Source: Candidatus Latescibacterota bacterium
GTDB taxonomy: Bacteria; Latescibacterota; UBA2968; UBA8231
Assembly: GCA_965217585.1 (NCBI GenBank)
Contig: OZ244561.1
Location: forward strand, 4,448,001-4,512,000
Length of the DNA stretch: 64,000 bases
Reading direction: 5' to 3'
The notes beneath the pieces were generated by a model. That model saw nothing but the letters and a program-made list of their open reading frames with translations, made no database searches and was not told the origin of the DNA. The position numbers were made by a program, and so were the translations under genes. Positions 40,889 to 49,064 of this stretch are shown one piece after another. How positions within the stretch are numbered: position 1 is the stretch's first letter; each line of letters opens with the position of its first letter.

Positions 40889-42234
40889 CGGTTCTCTACT
40901 CCTCCGAAGCGGCAGACGATTTCGTAGAGCACCTGCGTCGCAAAGAGCAGTTCTTCCACGGAGATGCGCTCGTCGTGGCCGTGGATTAGGGCCATTTCCT
41001 CCTCGCCTGGCTGCTGCCGATAGGGCATGAAGCCGTAGATCTGGGTTTCGGGGCGGCGCGGCACAATGTGCTTGGCGTCGGTGCCGGCTGGCATCAGATA
41101 CGGGAGCACTGGCGCGTTTGGCTCGCGTTTCTGCATTACCTCGGTGATCATGCGGAAAAGCGGGGTATCGGACGGCGCTTCCAACGGTGGCGTGTATTGA
41201 TCGATCTCTATGGCGACCTCATCACCGACAAATGTGCGTAGCTCGGCCGCGAAACTCTCTGCCGTCTGTCCGGGCACTAAGCGCCCATCGATCCAAGCAG
41301 TTGCCTCCCCCGGAATCACGTTGATCTTGGAACCGGCCTGCACCATGGTCGCCGAGGCCGTGTTGTGCAGCACCGCGCCCAACTCGCGGCGCAAGGTGCT
41401 GCCAATGGGGAGTTCGCTCAGCGAGGCATCCGAGGTCGCTGGGTCGAGCACTTGCTGCCACAGGGCGGCTTCGGCGGCTGGACGGCGGCTGGCAATTCCT
41501 TCGACAAAGCGGCGCACGCTTGCGGACACGTGCGCGGGGAACACGGCTCCTTCCAAGCCGGCTAGTGCTCTGGACAGCTTGACGATTGCGCTGTCGCCGT
41601 GCGGCATGGAGCCGTGACCGGGCGTTCCACGGGCGATCAGGCGCAGTCGGCACAGCCCCTTTTGCCCGGTCTGGCAGGTGTAAAACCGCTGCTCGCCGAC
41701 CGCGAAGTCGCTGCCGCCGCCCTCGGTGATGATCAAGGGTGCGTCCCACAGCTCTGGTCGATTGTCGATGATCCACCCCGGCCCGTGATTGCCTTTGCCC
41801 GCTTCCTCGTCGGCGGTGGCGGCGAAGACGATATCGCGGTTGAGTTGGACGCCTTCCCGTTGCAACAACAGCAACACCATCAGATTCGTCGCGACCATGT
41901 TCTTCATATCGAGCGCGCCCCGTCCCCATACGCAGCCGTCGGCCAGCGCGCCGGAAAAGGGCGGATGCGTCCAGTGCTCAGGCTCGACGGCTACTACGTC
42001 GGTATGCCCCAATAGCATGAGCGGTGGTTCGTTGCCGCCAGCCAGCCGCGCGAGGATATTGCCCCGCCCGGGCGCGGACTCGACGAAGAGCGGATCAAAG
42101 CCCTCCTGCCGCAATATTCTTTCTAGATAGCGCGCGGCTTCGCTTTCGTTGCCCGGGGGGTTCGTGGTGTCGATGCGGATGAGGGCCTGCAAATGCCCGG
42201 TTACTTCGGCGCGCACAGCTTCCCAGTCGATCAC
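40885..42234 (-). CDS. M20/M25/M40 family metallopeptidase
   Basis: LLGHTDVV, WGRGALDMK, ADEE, TEGG, GHGSMP, IHGHDERI. Confidence 0.92.
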   Translation of the reverse strand: MIDWEAVRAEVTGHLQALIRIDTTNPPGNESEAARYLERILRQEGFDPLFVESAPGRGNILARLAGGNEPPLMLLGHTDVVAVEPEHWTHPPFSGALADGCVWGRGALDMKNMVATNLMVLLLLQREGVQLNRDIVFAATADEEAGKGNHGPGWIIDNRPELWDAPLIITEGGGSDFAVGEQRFYTCQTGQKGLCRLRLIARGTPGHGSMPHGDSAIVKLSRALAGLEGAVFPAHVSASVRRFVEGIASRRPAAEAALWQQVLDPATSDASLSELPIGSTLRRELGAVLHNTASATMVQAGSKINVIPGEATAWIDGRLVPGQTAESFAAELRTFVGDEVAIEIDQYTPPLEAPSDTPLFRMITEVMQKREPNAPVLPYLMPAGTDAKHIVPRRPETQIYGFMPYRQQPGEEEMALIHGHDERISVEELLFATQVLYEIVCRFGGVENR

Positions 42235-42250
42235 AATGGTTCCTTTACAT

Positions 42251-42661
42251 CTAAGCTCTCAGGGCGTCGTACGAGGCGTCTATGAGCAGCATTAGGTGCT
42301 GGTTGACCAACAGCAGTCCTTCAACGGGAATTAGGCGTTGCCTTACGGGATCTATCCCCAGCCTGAAAATCTCTAAAGTTACTGCTCCCAACAGAGGCTG
42401 AGTGGCTTCCGTGCCAAAGACGACGGGCACTATGAACTCTTCGCCCCTCAGCCGCATCCAAGTTTGACCGATTCCCCGCTCCATCCTAGTGCCGTCGGCA
42501 AGTATAAAATTGGCTCTGCTGAGAGGGACCACTCCCAATCTTCGCAGCAGCGATTCAGGCAGCGTGGTGTACGTCGCACCGGAATCTACCAGCGCATCAA
42601 CAGTCTCAAAGTGCTGCCCTTGCGGATCACCTATTTCCAGTTCAACCTGAAAGATTCCCAT
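42251..42661 (-). CDS. Clan AA retropepsin-like aspartyl protease
   Basis: ALVDSGATYT, LADG flap, LLGAVTLE. Confidence 0.85.
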   Translation of the reverse strand: MGIFQVELEIGDPQGQHFETVDALVDSGATYTTLPESLLRRLGVVPLSRANFILADGTRMERGIGQTWMRLRGEEFIVPVVFGTEATQPLLGAVTLEIFRLGIDPVRQRLIPVEGLLLVNQHLMLLIDASYDALRA

Positions 42662-42932
42662 ATACTTGACTCTTGCTAATTACAATCTGCGCCCGCTGCC
42701 GTTGGCGGCGACTCTCCCAAGCATACGACTTAAAGACAAGACCTTCAACATCCCAAGGGAGTGATTGGCGTTGAGACAGCTTCTGTGCAATAACGGCACG
42801 GACTTCGGCCAATTTCGCATGACGCCTGCCAATTTTTCCGGGCCGTGCTGACAATACGGACAGTGCCCCTTTTTGCGTTAAAAACATCTCAACTCTATGT
42901 ATAATAACGAGATATGTAAAATTTTGAAATGT

Positions 42933-42948
42933 TGGCACGGCTTTTGCA
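42933..42948 (+). promoter_or_regulatory. Sigma54 (RpoN) -24/-12 promoter upstream of hsp20
   Basis: TGGCACG-GCTT-TTGCA matches consensus TGGCACG-N4-TTGCW exactly; ends 54 nt before the ATG, preceded by an AT-rich tract. Confidence 0.82.
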
Positions 42949-43002
42949 ATACAATGGGCAGAGGCCAGACGAACCAACCACCACTTAACAAGGAGAAAAA
43001 TC

Positions 43003-43464
43003 ATGGCCATCAAGACTTTACTACCCAGCGCTCGCGTCAGCAATCGCCCGTGGCGCAGCCCGTTCGACAATCTCTTCGATGCCTTCTTTGGCGAGGACTC
43101 GCGTCTGCCCGTTTTGGCTGGCAGCGCGGCTTTTGCCCCGCGCATCGACGTCAAGGAAGACGACGTCTCCTACGAAATCTCGGTCGAACTGCCGGGGTTG
43201 GAGGAGAAGGACATCGAGATCACCGTCGACGACGGAACTCTCGTGCTGCGGGGCGAAAAGAGCGGCGCTAGCGAGGAAAAGGAAGGCAAGTACTTCCGCC
43301 AGGAGCGCATCTACGGCCGCTTCGAGCGCGCCTTCCACCTGCCCGATGGAGTAGAGGCAGAGAAGATCGAGGCCAAGTTCAAAAACGGCGTCCTCTCCCT
43401 CCACCTGCCCAAAAAGGAGGAGGCGAAAAAGGTCGTCCGCCAGGTGGAAGTCAAGACCGCCTAG
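43003..43464 (+). CDS. Hsp20/alpha-crystallin small heat shock protein
   Basis: PRIDVKE, ELPGL, ERIYGRFERAFHLP, A.FKNGVL.L.LPK; AAGGAG RBS. Confidence 0.95.
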   Translation: MAIKTLLPSARVSNRPWRSPFDNLFDAFFGEDSRLPVLAGSAAFAPRIDVKEDDVSYEISVELPGLEEKDIEITVDDGTLVLRGEKSGASEEKEGKYFRQERIYGRFERAFHLPDGVEAEKIEAKFKNGVLSLHLPKKEEAKKVVRQVEVKTA

Positions 43465-43481
43465 CCTGCCTTGAGACGCGC

Positions 43482-43517
43482 AAAAGGGGAAGGGCCTCGT
43501 GCCCTTCCCCTTTTTTT
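43482..43517 (+). terminator. Bidirectional intrinsic terminator
   Basis: AAAAGGGGAAGGGC-ctcgt-GCCCTTCCCCTTTTTTT between convergent genes. Confidence 0.9.
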
Positions 43518-43541
43518 GTACCTATAAGAGAGCTTAGACAA

Positions 43542-43874
43542 CTATGTATTCCGCGCATTCTTCAATTTGCCCATCCAAGCCAGTACTACGATGACCACCG
43601 GCCAAAACGTAGTATTGATTAAATCGTGTATGCTTGCAGTTATTGCCTTCAGGCGAAAGTAACCGAGAGAGATATAATCATATCTTAGATCAAGAATCTC
43701 CATCAAGGATGCTATAATTACAACAGGGACCAGACATCGCGTTTCAATTGATCCCTTTTTCCAAATGACTACAGCCAAAAAGAACACGATCAATCCTACA
43801 TGCATATGGATTGAGTCCTTTGAAAGTTCCAAGATGGAGACGATTATTACCTTAGCTTCTTGATATTCGGACAT
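43542..43874 (-). CDS. Small hypothetical membrane protein (AT-rich gene)
   Basis: 110 aa, about three hydrophobic segments, LSKDSIHMHVG...EILD...S.HDLINT.FWP; visibly lower GC than flanks. Confidence 0.7.
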   Translation of the reverse strand: MSEYQEAKVIIVSILELSKDSIHMHVGLIVFFLAVVIWKKGSIETRCLVPVVIIASLMEILDLRYDYISLGYFRLKAITASIHDLINTTFWPVVIVVLAWMGKLKNARNT

Positions 43875-43895
43875 TTCCCAATCTTTGCTTCAAGT

Positions 43896-45242
43896 TTATG
43901 CGCACGTGGCGTCTTGCTCGCGCCGCAGTTGCAAGACGAGCGAGTCCGGCAAATCGACCATGGCGTAGCTGATCGCCGCACCTTGCCGCACGTCTTGCTT
44001 GAGCACGGCCCCGCCCGACAGTCCTAACGGCAATAGTCCCTCTTGGCTCGCTACGGTTGCCTTTTCGCTCTGTCCCAATACAGTGTAGCCGCCTCCGCCG
44101 TCGAGGGTCTCGCCGGCTTTGAGATCTCGCTTGGCTACGGCGATTACATCGGCTGTGGGCACGGAGCGCGGAGCACCGGTTGGCAGGCCGTAGAGCGCGA
44201 CTTTGGCGATGGTGATTGGGGCTTCAACCGCCACCAGGTGATAGGGGCGATAGAGGAGGAAGTTTTTGCCGTCGCCACCTGGATGCAGGTCGTAGGTGGC
44301 GAGGTCTTCTATGGTAAAGGCGTGCTCGCTGCGGATGACGACGAAGACGCCCATGCCCAGCGGGTTGGCGAGTCGGGTTTTCCCGTCCTCGGCGACGCTG
44401 TTGGCTAGCTCGATGACCCCGCGCTGGCTCAGCAGCCCTCCTTCTTCGACCAAGCTGAATTTTTGCGGAATGTCCGCCAAATTGCACGACGGCTCGTGCA
44501 TCCCCCTTATATCGGGGACGAGCCCGGCCATGTTGGCGATGGCCGTGGCCTCGACTTGGGCTTTGGTGCCGTCGCGGAAGGAGTTGTACATCTTCAAGCT
44601 GATGTTGCGCCGCTGCAAGGTTTCTTCGTCAAAACCAAACCGCGCCGCGGTGTTGTCGGGCGTGCCTTGGGGATCGTCGGCAAAGAGTATGGTGCCGCGG
44701 CCTGCGGCCACCACTTCTAAGCCGAGGGACCACGCCCATTCGATGATGTTCATGGTCACTCCAGGCTGATCGCCATCGACGAGCGAGTACACCACGCCCG
44801 CGCTGTCGGCCTTGCGCTTGAGCAGTGCGCCGATGGTCACGTCGGTCTCCACGTTGACCATCACGAGGTGGTTGCCGCTGGCGATTGCCGCGCTGGCCAT
44901 GCTGGCCCCGACCGAGGTCGAGCCGGTCGCTTCCACTACCACGTCCAAATCCTCGGCCTGCGCGACTAACAGCCCGTCTTCAACGGCGGTGAATTTCCCC
45001 GCGTGAATGGCCGCTGCCAACGCCTGCGGGCTATCCGCCGTTCCCACCGCAACATCCCCGTACCCCGCTGCGTATGCGTAGCGGGCGCGCGCTAGGTCGA
45101 TGTCGGCAATGGCCGCGACGACCATGCCCTGCATCTGGGCGATCTGTGCGACCAACCCGCCGCCGAATTTCCCCGCGCCGATGATACCGACCCGGATGGG
45201 TTTACCTTGTCGCTCGCGCTCGGCGAGCAATGCGCTAAGCAT
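43896..45242 (-). CDS. Homoserine-dehydrogenase-like NAD(P) oxidoreductase with C-terminal SAF domain
   Basis: VGIIGAGKFG, VVVEATG, NVETDVTIG, DGDQPG, DGTK, YRPYHL, AKRDLKAGETLDG.GGY; GAGGAGG RBS. Confidence 0.9.
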   Translation of the reverse strand: MLSALLAERERQGKPIRVGIIGAGKFGGGLVAQIAQMQGMVVAAIADIDLARARYAYAAGYGDVAVGTADSPQALAAAIHAGKFTAVEDGLLVAQAEDLDVVVEATGSTSVGASMASAAIASGNHLVMVNVETDVTIGALLKRKADSAGVVYSLVDGDQPGVTMNIIEWAWSLGLEVVAAGRGTILFADDPQGTPDNTAARFGFDEETLQRRNISLKMYNSFRDGTKAQVEATAIANMAGLVPDIRGMHEPSCNLADIPQKFSLVEEGGLLSQRGVIELANSVAEDGKTRLANPLGMGVFVVIRSEHAFTIEDLATYDLHPGGDGKNFLLYRPYHLVAVEAPITIAKVALYGLPTGAPRSVPTADVIAVAKRDLKAGETLDGGGGYTVLGQSEKATVASQEGLLPLGLSGGAVLKQDVRQGAAISYAMVDLPDSLVLQLRREQDATCA

Positions 45243-45279
45243 GTATTCCTCCTCGTGTTGTGTAGATGCTACCGACTCC

Positions 45280-45331
45280 GTAGGGACAGGCTCTGTGTCG
45301 GTGCATATAGGGGCATCCCTTGTGGGTGCAC
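45280..45331 (+). repeat. Two degenerate GTAG-type REP-like units
   Basis: GTAGGGACAGGCTCTGTGTC.. and ATAGGGGCATCCCTTGTGGGTGCAC; the latter is 19/25 identical to the reverse complement of 49040-49064. Confidence 0.55.
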
Positions 45332-45536
45332 GATCCCGTTAGGTTCAAAGAAAGGGAATTATATACCTAAGTGCTCAAGCGGCGCGTAATCCATATTGCT
45401 GGCATTCATGTTCTGTTGTCTTTCGTCGAAGAGTACGGGTCTTGCCGACACAGTATAAAAAAGCAGACTCTAGTCTGGCTCAAGGGTTGCACAAGTTTTT
45501 GACTTGCTCTCGGCGGCGGTGCCAGCAGGCACGCGA

Positions 45537-45572
45537 AGGCCCCGCTCCGGAATTGCTCCCACAGCGGGGCCT
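45537..45572 (-). terminator. Hairpin, probable terminator of the LRR gene
   Basis: AGGCCCCGCT...AGCGGGGCCT 10-bp stem 57 nt after the stop; weak U-tract. Confidence 0.5.
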
Positions 45573-45629
45573 GTCATAACGACGCCTTGCTCGTCGGCGT
45601 TTGAGCTAACCTTTCCTGATTGCTAACGC

Positions 45630-48560
45630 TTACGGCTCAGAGAGCGTCCTAAATTTAAGATGAGGGCTACGATTGGCCTCGCCGACATTATTTCTCGCCA
45701 CAATGCGGTAAATGTATTCCGTGTCAGGCACGAGGTCCGTATCATCATAGCTCAGCCCCGAAGTCGTAGCTATGGGGCTTAAACTCGACTCAGGATTGTC
45801 TGCGTAGAGGGCACGGCGAAGGACAATATAGTCCTCCGCACGGGGGGCACTTTTCCATTCGATTCTGGCTGAGCTATGGGTGATGTTAGTAGCCCACGGT
45901 TTGTCTACCGTCCATGGCTTCTTCTCATAATCGCCAGATTCAGTCGTCGCCGTATCAGTTTCAAGAGGCTCCTCTTCCTCTTCTTCAGGGACGACTTCCT
46001 CGGAGACCTGTTCCTCTTCTACTTCCTCCAGTCCAGGGACGGTCAGTTCGGGCTGGTTGTACAGTGGTCTGCCATCGTCCGCGCAGATGGCCCCTTCTTC
46101 CTCACAAGCCCGGTCCGCCGGCAGGGCGATAGTTACGTCGTCGCTGGAGTTTGGTGCCACGGTAATCTCCCAGATGCGGTTTGACCCGTTCACGCCCTTG
46201 GCGGCGATGACGGAGCCTCCGCTGACGACGAAGGAATGGTCCCTGAAGGTTGTGGAGCGGATTGAGATGCCCTCGCTGAAATAGGTTCGGAAGGTGAAGT
46301 CGGCGACGCCATTGTGGCTTTCTGGCGCGAATCGAAAGGAAGCCGTCAGTGGCGCGGGTGGCCGGTCTGGGAGCGCGGAACCTGTGCCTGGTACCGGGGT
46401 CAGGCTCACCTCTACTTGGTCTCCAGCGGTCCAGTTGAAATCCTTGACTCCCCACCAGTATCCTTCTTCCACTAGCGAGTTTGGTGTTGAACTCTCCTGT
46501 GCGGTGTATTCCGCATCGCCAATCCGCAGGGTGAAGTCCGTGGCCAGTTTTCCGTTAATGCCGAAGTACAATCCATCGGCATAGTGTATGAGGAATATCA
46601 CGCGGTACGTGGCTCCGTCCAGCGTGAAACGTTCCGTTGATATGGTCCCACCCATGTCGCCCCATCGGGAGTATCCGGCGGTGGCGGGGATGGTTGAGGC
46701 GTCCACGCCTACAGTCAACGTAGCGGACCATGCCACTACGGGCTCTTCATGGTCCACCGCGCTCGTGGCGGCGCTGGTCAGGGTCTCTTCGTTGCCGGCG
46801 TCGTCAGTGAAGCTCACCCGCACCTTGATGGTCTTGCCGGCGTCGGCAGCCACCAAGGTGTAGGCTGCGCCCGTCGCGCCCGGAATGTCCGTGTCGGTGC
46901 TTCCGTCGTTGGCCATCCACTGGTAGCTGAAGCTCGCATGGCCCAAACCATCGGCATCCTCAATATCGGCGGTGTCCGCCGTCAGCGTCTGTCCCACCTG
47001 TGCCGTGCCGCTGATGGTGGGTGCGCCCGTCGCTGGAGTGTTGGCGAGAGCTCCGAAAGTCAGTGTCAGACTCTCACCCAAGCCGGCTTGGACGCCATCG
47101 CTGATGTTGATTTTATTTTTGAAAGCGGCCGACTCAACCCTGACCGTGACTTGGGTGGGCCGCCGCCCGTTCGGTGTAACGTTGATCGCTCCACTCTCGA
47201 GGCTGCCACCAGTAATGGTAACGTCCGTGCTGGATAGCGTGCCGCCCTCTGCCGAGAGTGTCACCGCCATGTCATAGGGTGCCCCCTTAGCAACTTTTAC
47301 CACCACAGCGTCGTCCTGCTGCTCCAACTCCGCTGTGATGGTGAAAGGAGCGCCCGGATTGTTCCCTAGGTCTACCAACTCCAAGTTGGAGAGGCCCTCG
47401 AACAGCCCGGCGGGCAGTGCGTTCAAGTCGTTATGGGACAAATACAAGTATTCCAGCTTGGTAAAGCCGTCGAATACGTCGGCCGGCAGGGCGCTCAGTT
47501 CGTTCCGGCTCAAGCTCAGGTATTCTAGCTCCGAGAGGCTGTCGAACCAATCGTACGAAAGTGTGGTCATCGTGCCGGTATTGTCCCCCTCCAAATCTTT
47601 GCCAATGCCCGACAAACTCAGACCTCTCAACTTGGGAAAGGCATCGAAGAAATCGCTTGGCAACTCGTCGAGATCCAGATCGTTGAATCCCACGTATAGC
47701 TGCTCCAGGTTGTCGAGGTCGTCGAACACATCCGCCGGCAGGGCCTCAAGGTCGTTGTTGCTCAAGCTCAACGATTTCAGGTTGTCGAGGTCGTCGAATA
47801 CGTTGGCGGGCAGAGTCTCCAAGTCGTTATTGCTCAAAAACAGTCCTTCCAGCTTGGTGAGGCCGTCGAATACGTCGGCCGGTAGTGCCCCTAGGTGGCT
47901 TTGGTTCAATTCCAGTCGTTCCAGCTTGGTGAGGTCGTCGAATACGTCGGCCGGCAGTCCCTTAAAGAAGAGACCGTAGTTCAATCTCAGAGTTCTCAGG
48001 CTGTCGAGGTCGTCGAACACATCCGCCGGTAGGGCCTCAAGGTCGTTGTCGCTCAAGCCCAGTTCTTCCAGCTTGGTGAGGCCATCGAATATGTCAGCGG
48101 GTAGGGTGCTCAAGCGATTTGAGTTCAATTCTAGAGTTCTCAGGCTGTCGAGGCCGTCGAACACGTCGGCCGACAGGGTCTCAAGGCCGTTGTTGTCCAA
48201 ATCCAAGTATTTCAGCTTAGTGAGGCCGTCGAACGTCCCGCTAGGCAGTTCGGTCAATCCGGTCAATGCCCCGTTGATCATCCGTAGCTCGTCAGTGATG
48301 CTTGCAAGATCCGAGGCACTTACTTCCGCGCAGTTCGACGTAGAGAGCTTGGAGAGAATCGCGTCTTGCACCTGCTGGGGGCGGTCGCAGATGCCGTCAG
48401 AGGTAGCCTGAGTGGTTGCTTTGGCCACCGGTTGCGAGGTTGCTTGGCCCGCGGGGGACGGTTCGGTCGGGCCGGTCAGTTTTTTGTCTTTGTCACAAGA
48501 AATTAGCCCCAAAGCGAGGATCAGGGTCATGCTCAGGTTCACTGCGAGTAGCCGTTTCAT
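45630..48560 (-). CDS. Surface lipoprotein with leucine-rich repeats, Ig/cadherin-like domains and C-terminal fibronectin type III domain
   Basis: Lipobox LISC; about 12 24-aa LRRs (LPADVFDGLTKLEELxLxxN); NTPATGAPTISGTAQVGQTLTAD Ig-like module; YDDTDLVPDTEYIYRIVARN FN3; AAGGAG RBS. Confidence 0.9.
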   Translation of the reverse strand: MKRLLAVNLSMTLILALGLISCDKDKKLTGPTEPSPAGQATSQPVAKATTQATSDGICDRPQQVQDAILSKLSTSNCAEVSASDLASITDELRMINGALTGLTELPSGTFDGLTKLKYLDLDNNGLETLSADVFDGLDSLRTLELNSNRLSTLPADIFDGLTKLEELGLSDNDLEALPADVFDDLDSLRTLRLNYGLFFKGLPADVFDDLTKLERLELNQSHLGALPADVFDGLTKLEGLFLSNNDLETLPANVFDDLDNLKSLSLSNNDLEALPADVFDDLDNLEQLYVGFNDLDLDELPSDFFDAFPKLRGLSLSGIGKDLEGDNTGTMTTLSYDWFDSLSELEYLSLSRNELSALPADVFDGFTKLEYLYLSHNDLNALPAGLFEGLSNLELVDLGNNPGAPFTITAELEQQDDAVVVKVAKGAPYDMAVTLSAEGGTLSSTDVTITGGSLESGAINVTPNGRRPTQVTVRVESAAFKNKINISDGVQAGLGESLTLTFGALANTPATGAPTISGTAQVGQTLTADTADIEDADGLGHASFSYQWMANDGSTDTDIPGATGAAYTLVAADAGKTIKVRVSFTDDAGNEETLTSAATSAVDHEEPVVAWSATLTVGVDASTIPATAGYSRWGDMGGTISTERFTLDGATYRVIFLIHYADGLYFGINGKLATDFTLRIGDAEYTAQESSTPNSLVEEGYWWGVKDFNWTAGDQVEVSLTPVPGTGSALPDRPPAPLTASFRFAPESHNGVADFTFRTYFSEGISIRSTTFRDHSFVVSGGSVIAAKGVNGSNRIWEITVAPNSSDDVTIALPADRACEEEGAICADDGRPLYNQPELTVPGLEEVEEEQVSEEVVPEEEEEEPLETDTATTESGDYEKKPWTVDKPWATNITHSSARIEWKSAPRAEDYIVLRRALYADNPESSLSPIATTSGLSYDDTDLVPDTEYIYRIVARNNVGEANRSPHLKFRTLSEP
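47353..48257 (-). repeat. Intragenic 72-nt LRR repeat array
   Basis: Recurrent gtcgaa(c/t)acgtcggccgg / ccagcttggtgaggccgtcgaa blocks at about 72-nt period. Confidence 0.85.
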
Positions 48561-48752
48561 AACTAACTCCTTGGTTGGGAAAAAGGGATGATATTATCTG
48601 CGTCGTCGGTCGGTGCCACCTGAATCGTCTTCTGGGTCTCGCAAAATACAATCGTTCACAGCGAACGATTGCATTTTGCGCGTCATTTATTTCATTGTTT
48701 TTACGCTACTTATGTAATGGTTAAGAGATCGTAGCCTGATGGCCTAACGGCC

Positions 48753-48780
48753 AATAATAGGGGGGCAAAAATATCCCCCT
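48753..48780 (-). terminator. Terminator-like hairpin inside the LRR gene leader (possible attenuator)
   Basis: Minus strand AGGGGG-ATATTTTTG-CCCCCCT followed by ATTATT. Confidence 0.45.
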
Positions 48781-48823
48781 GTATGAGGTTAGCTCATCGG
48801 CTTCCTATGGGAGCCGGGCAGTT

Positions 48824-48956
48824 GCTAACACTCACGCAGATTAGTGCGGGAAAGTTCCTGCTTATTCGCCGAGAACCGGGAGCGACCCAGTCCCTTTTTG
48901 CCAGCTATTGTATTCAGCAGGCCACCCGACAGGAGGGAGTCTGCTTGAGTGTTAGC
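48824..48956 (-). ncRNA. Candidate structured RNA (rod-like, ~133 nt) at the predicted transcription start of the LRR gene leader
   Basis: GCTAACACTCA/TGAGTGTTAGC 11-bp closing helix, then nested GCAGA/TCTGC, CGGG/CCCG, CCTGCT/AGCAGG and GGGACTGGG/CCCGGTTCT; begins about 7 nt below a -10 box. Confidence 0.55.
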
Positions 48957-48963
48957 GAAGGCA

Positions 48964-48992
48964 AAGATACTGTCGGGAAATTGGATTGTCAA
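48964..48992 (-). promoter_or_regulatory. Sigma70-type promoter
   Basis: Minus strand TTGACA-N17-TATCTT. Confidence 0.72.
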
Positions 48993-49039
48993 AAAAGAAG
49001 GAATTCATTTGGGGGCACTCATATAATTCCCCAAGGAAA

Positions 49040-49064
49040 GGTCAACCACGAGGGTTGCCCCTAC
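49040..49064 (-). repeat. GTAG-type REP-like element overlapping the dehydratase stop codon
   Basis: Minus strand GTAGGGGCAACCCTCGTGGTTGACC (GTAG tetramer plus CAACC/GGTTG stem). Confidence 0.65.

Noticed and set aside
42642-43154. 170-aa minus-strand ORF and 48783..49313 plus-strand ORF
   Set aside because: They span regulatory intergenic DNA and overlap real genes; no RBS or domain support.
47353-48257. Periodic repeats as CRISPR array or DGR template/variable repeats
   Set aside because: The 72-nt period is in-frame coding LRR with no unique spacers; no cas or reverse transcriptase gene in the window.
48780-48925. Canonical c-di-AMP (ydaO) riboswitch
   Set aside because: Only short motif matches; the conserved GGGGA/GGGUGAA/GUAGGG elements and pairing pattern are not evident. 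Kept as an unknown structured RNA.
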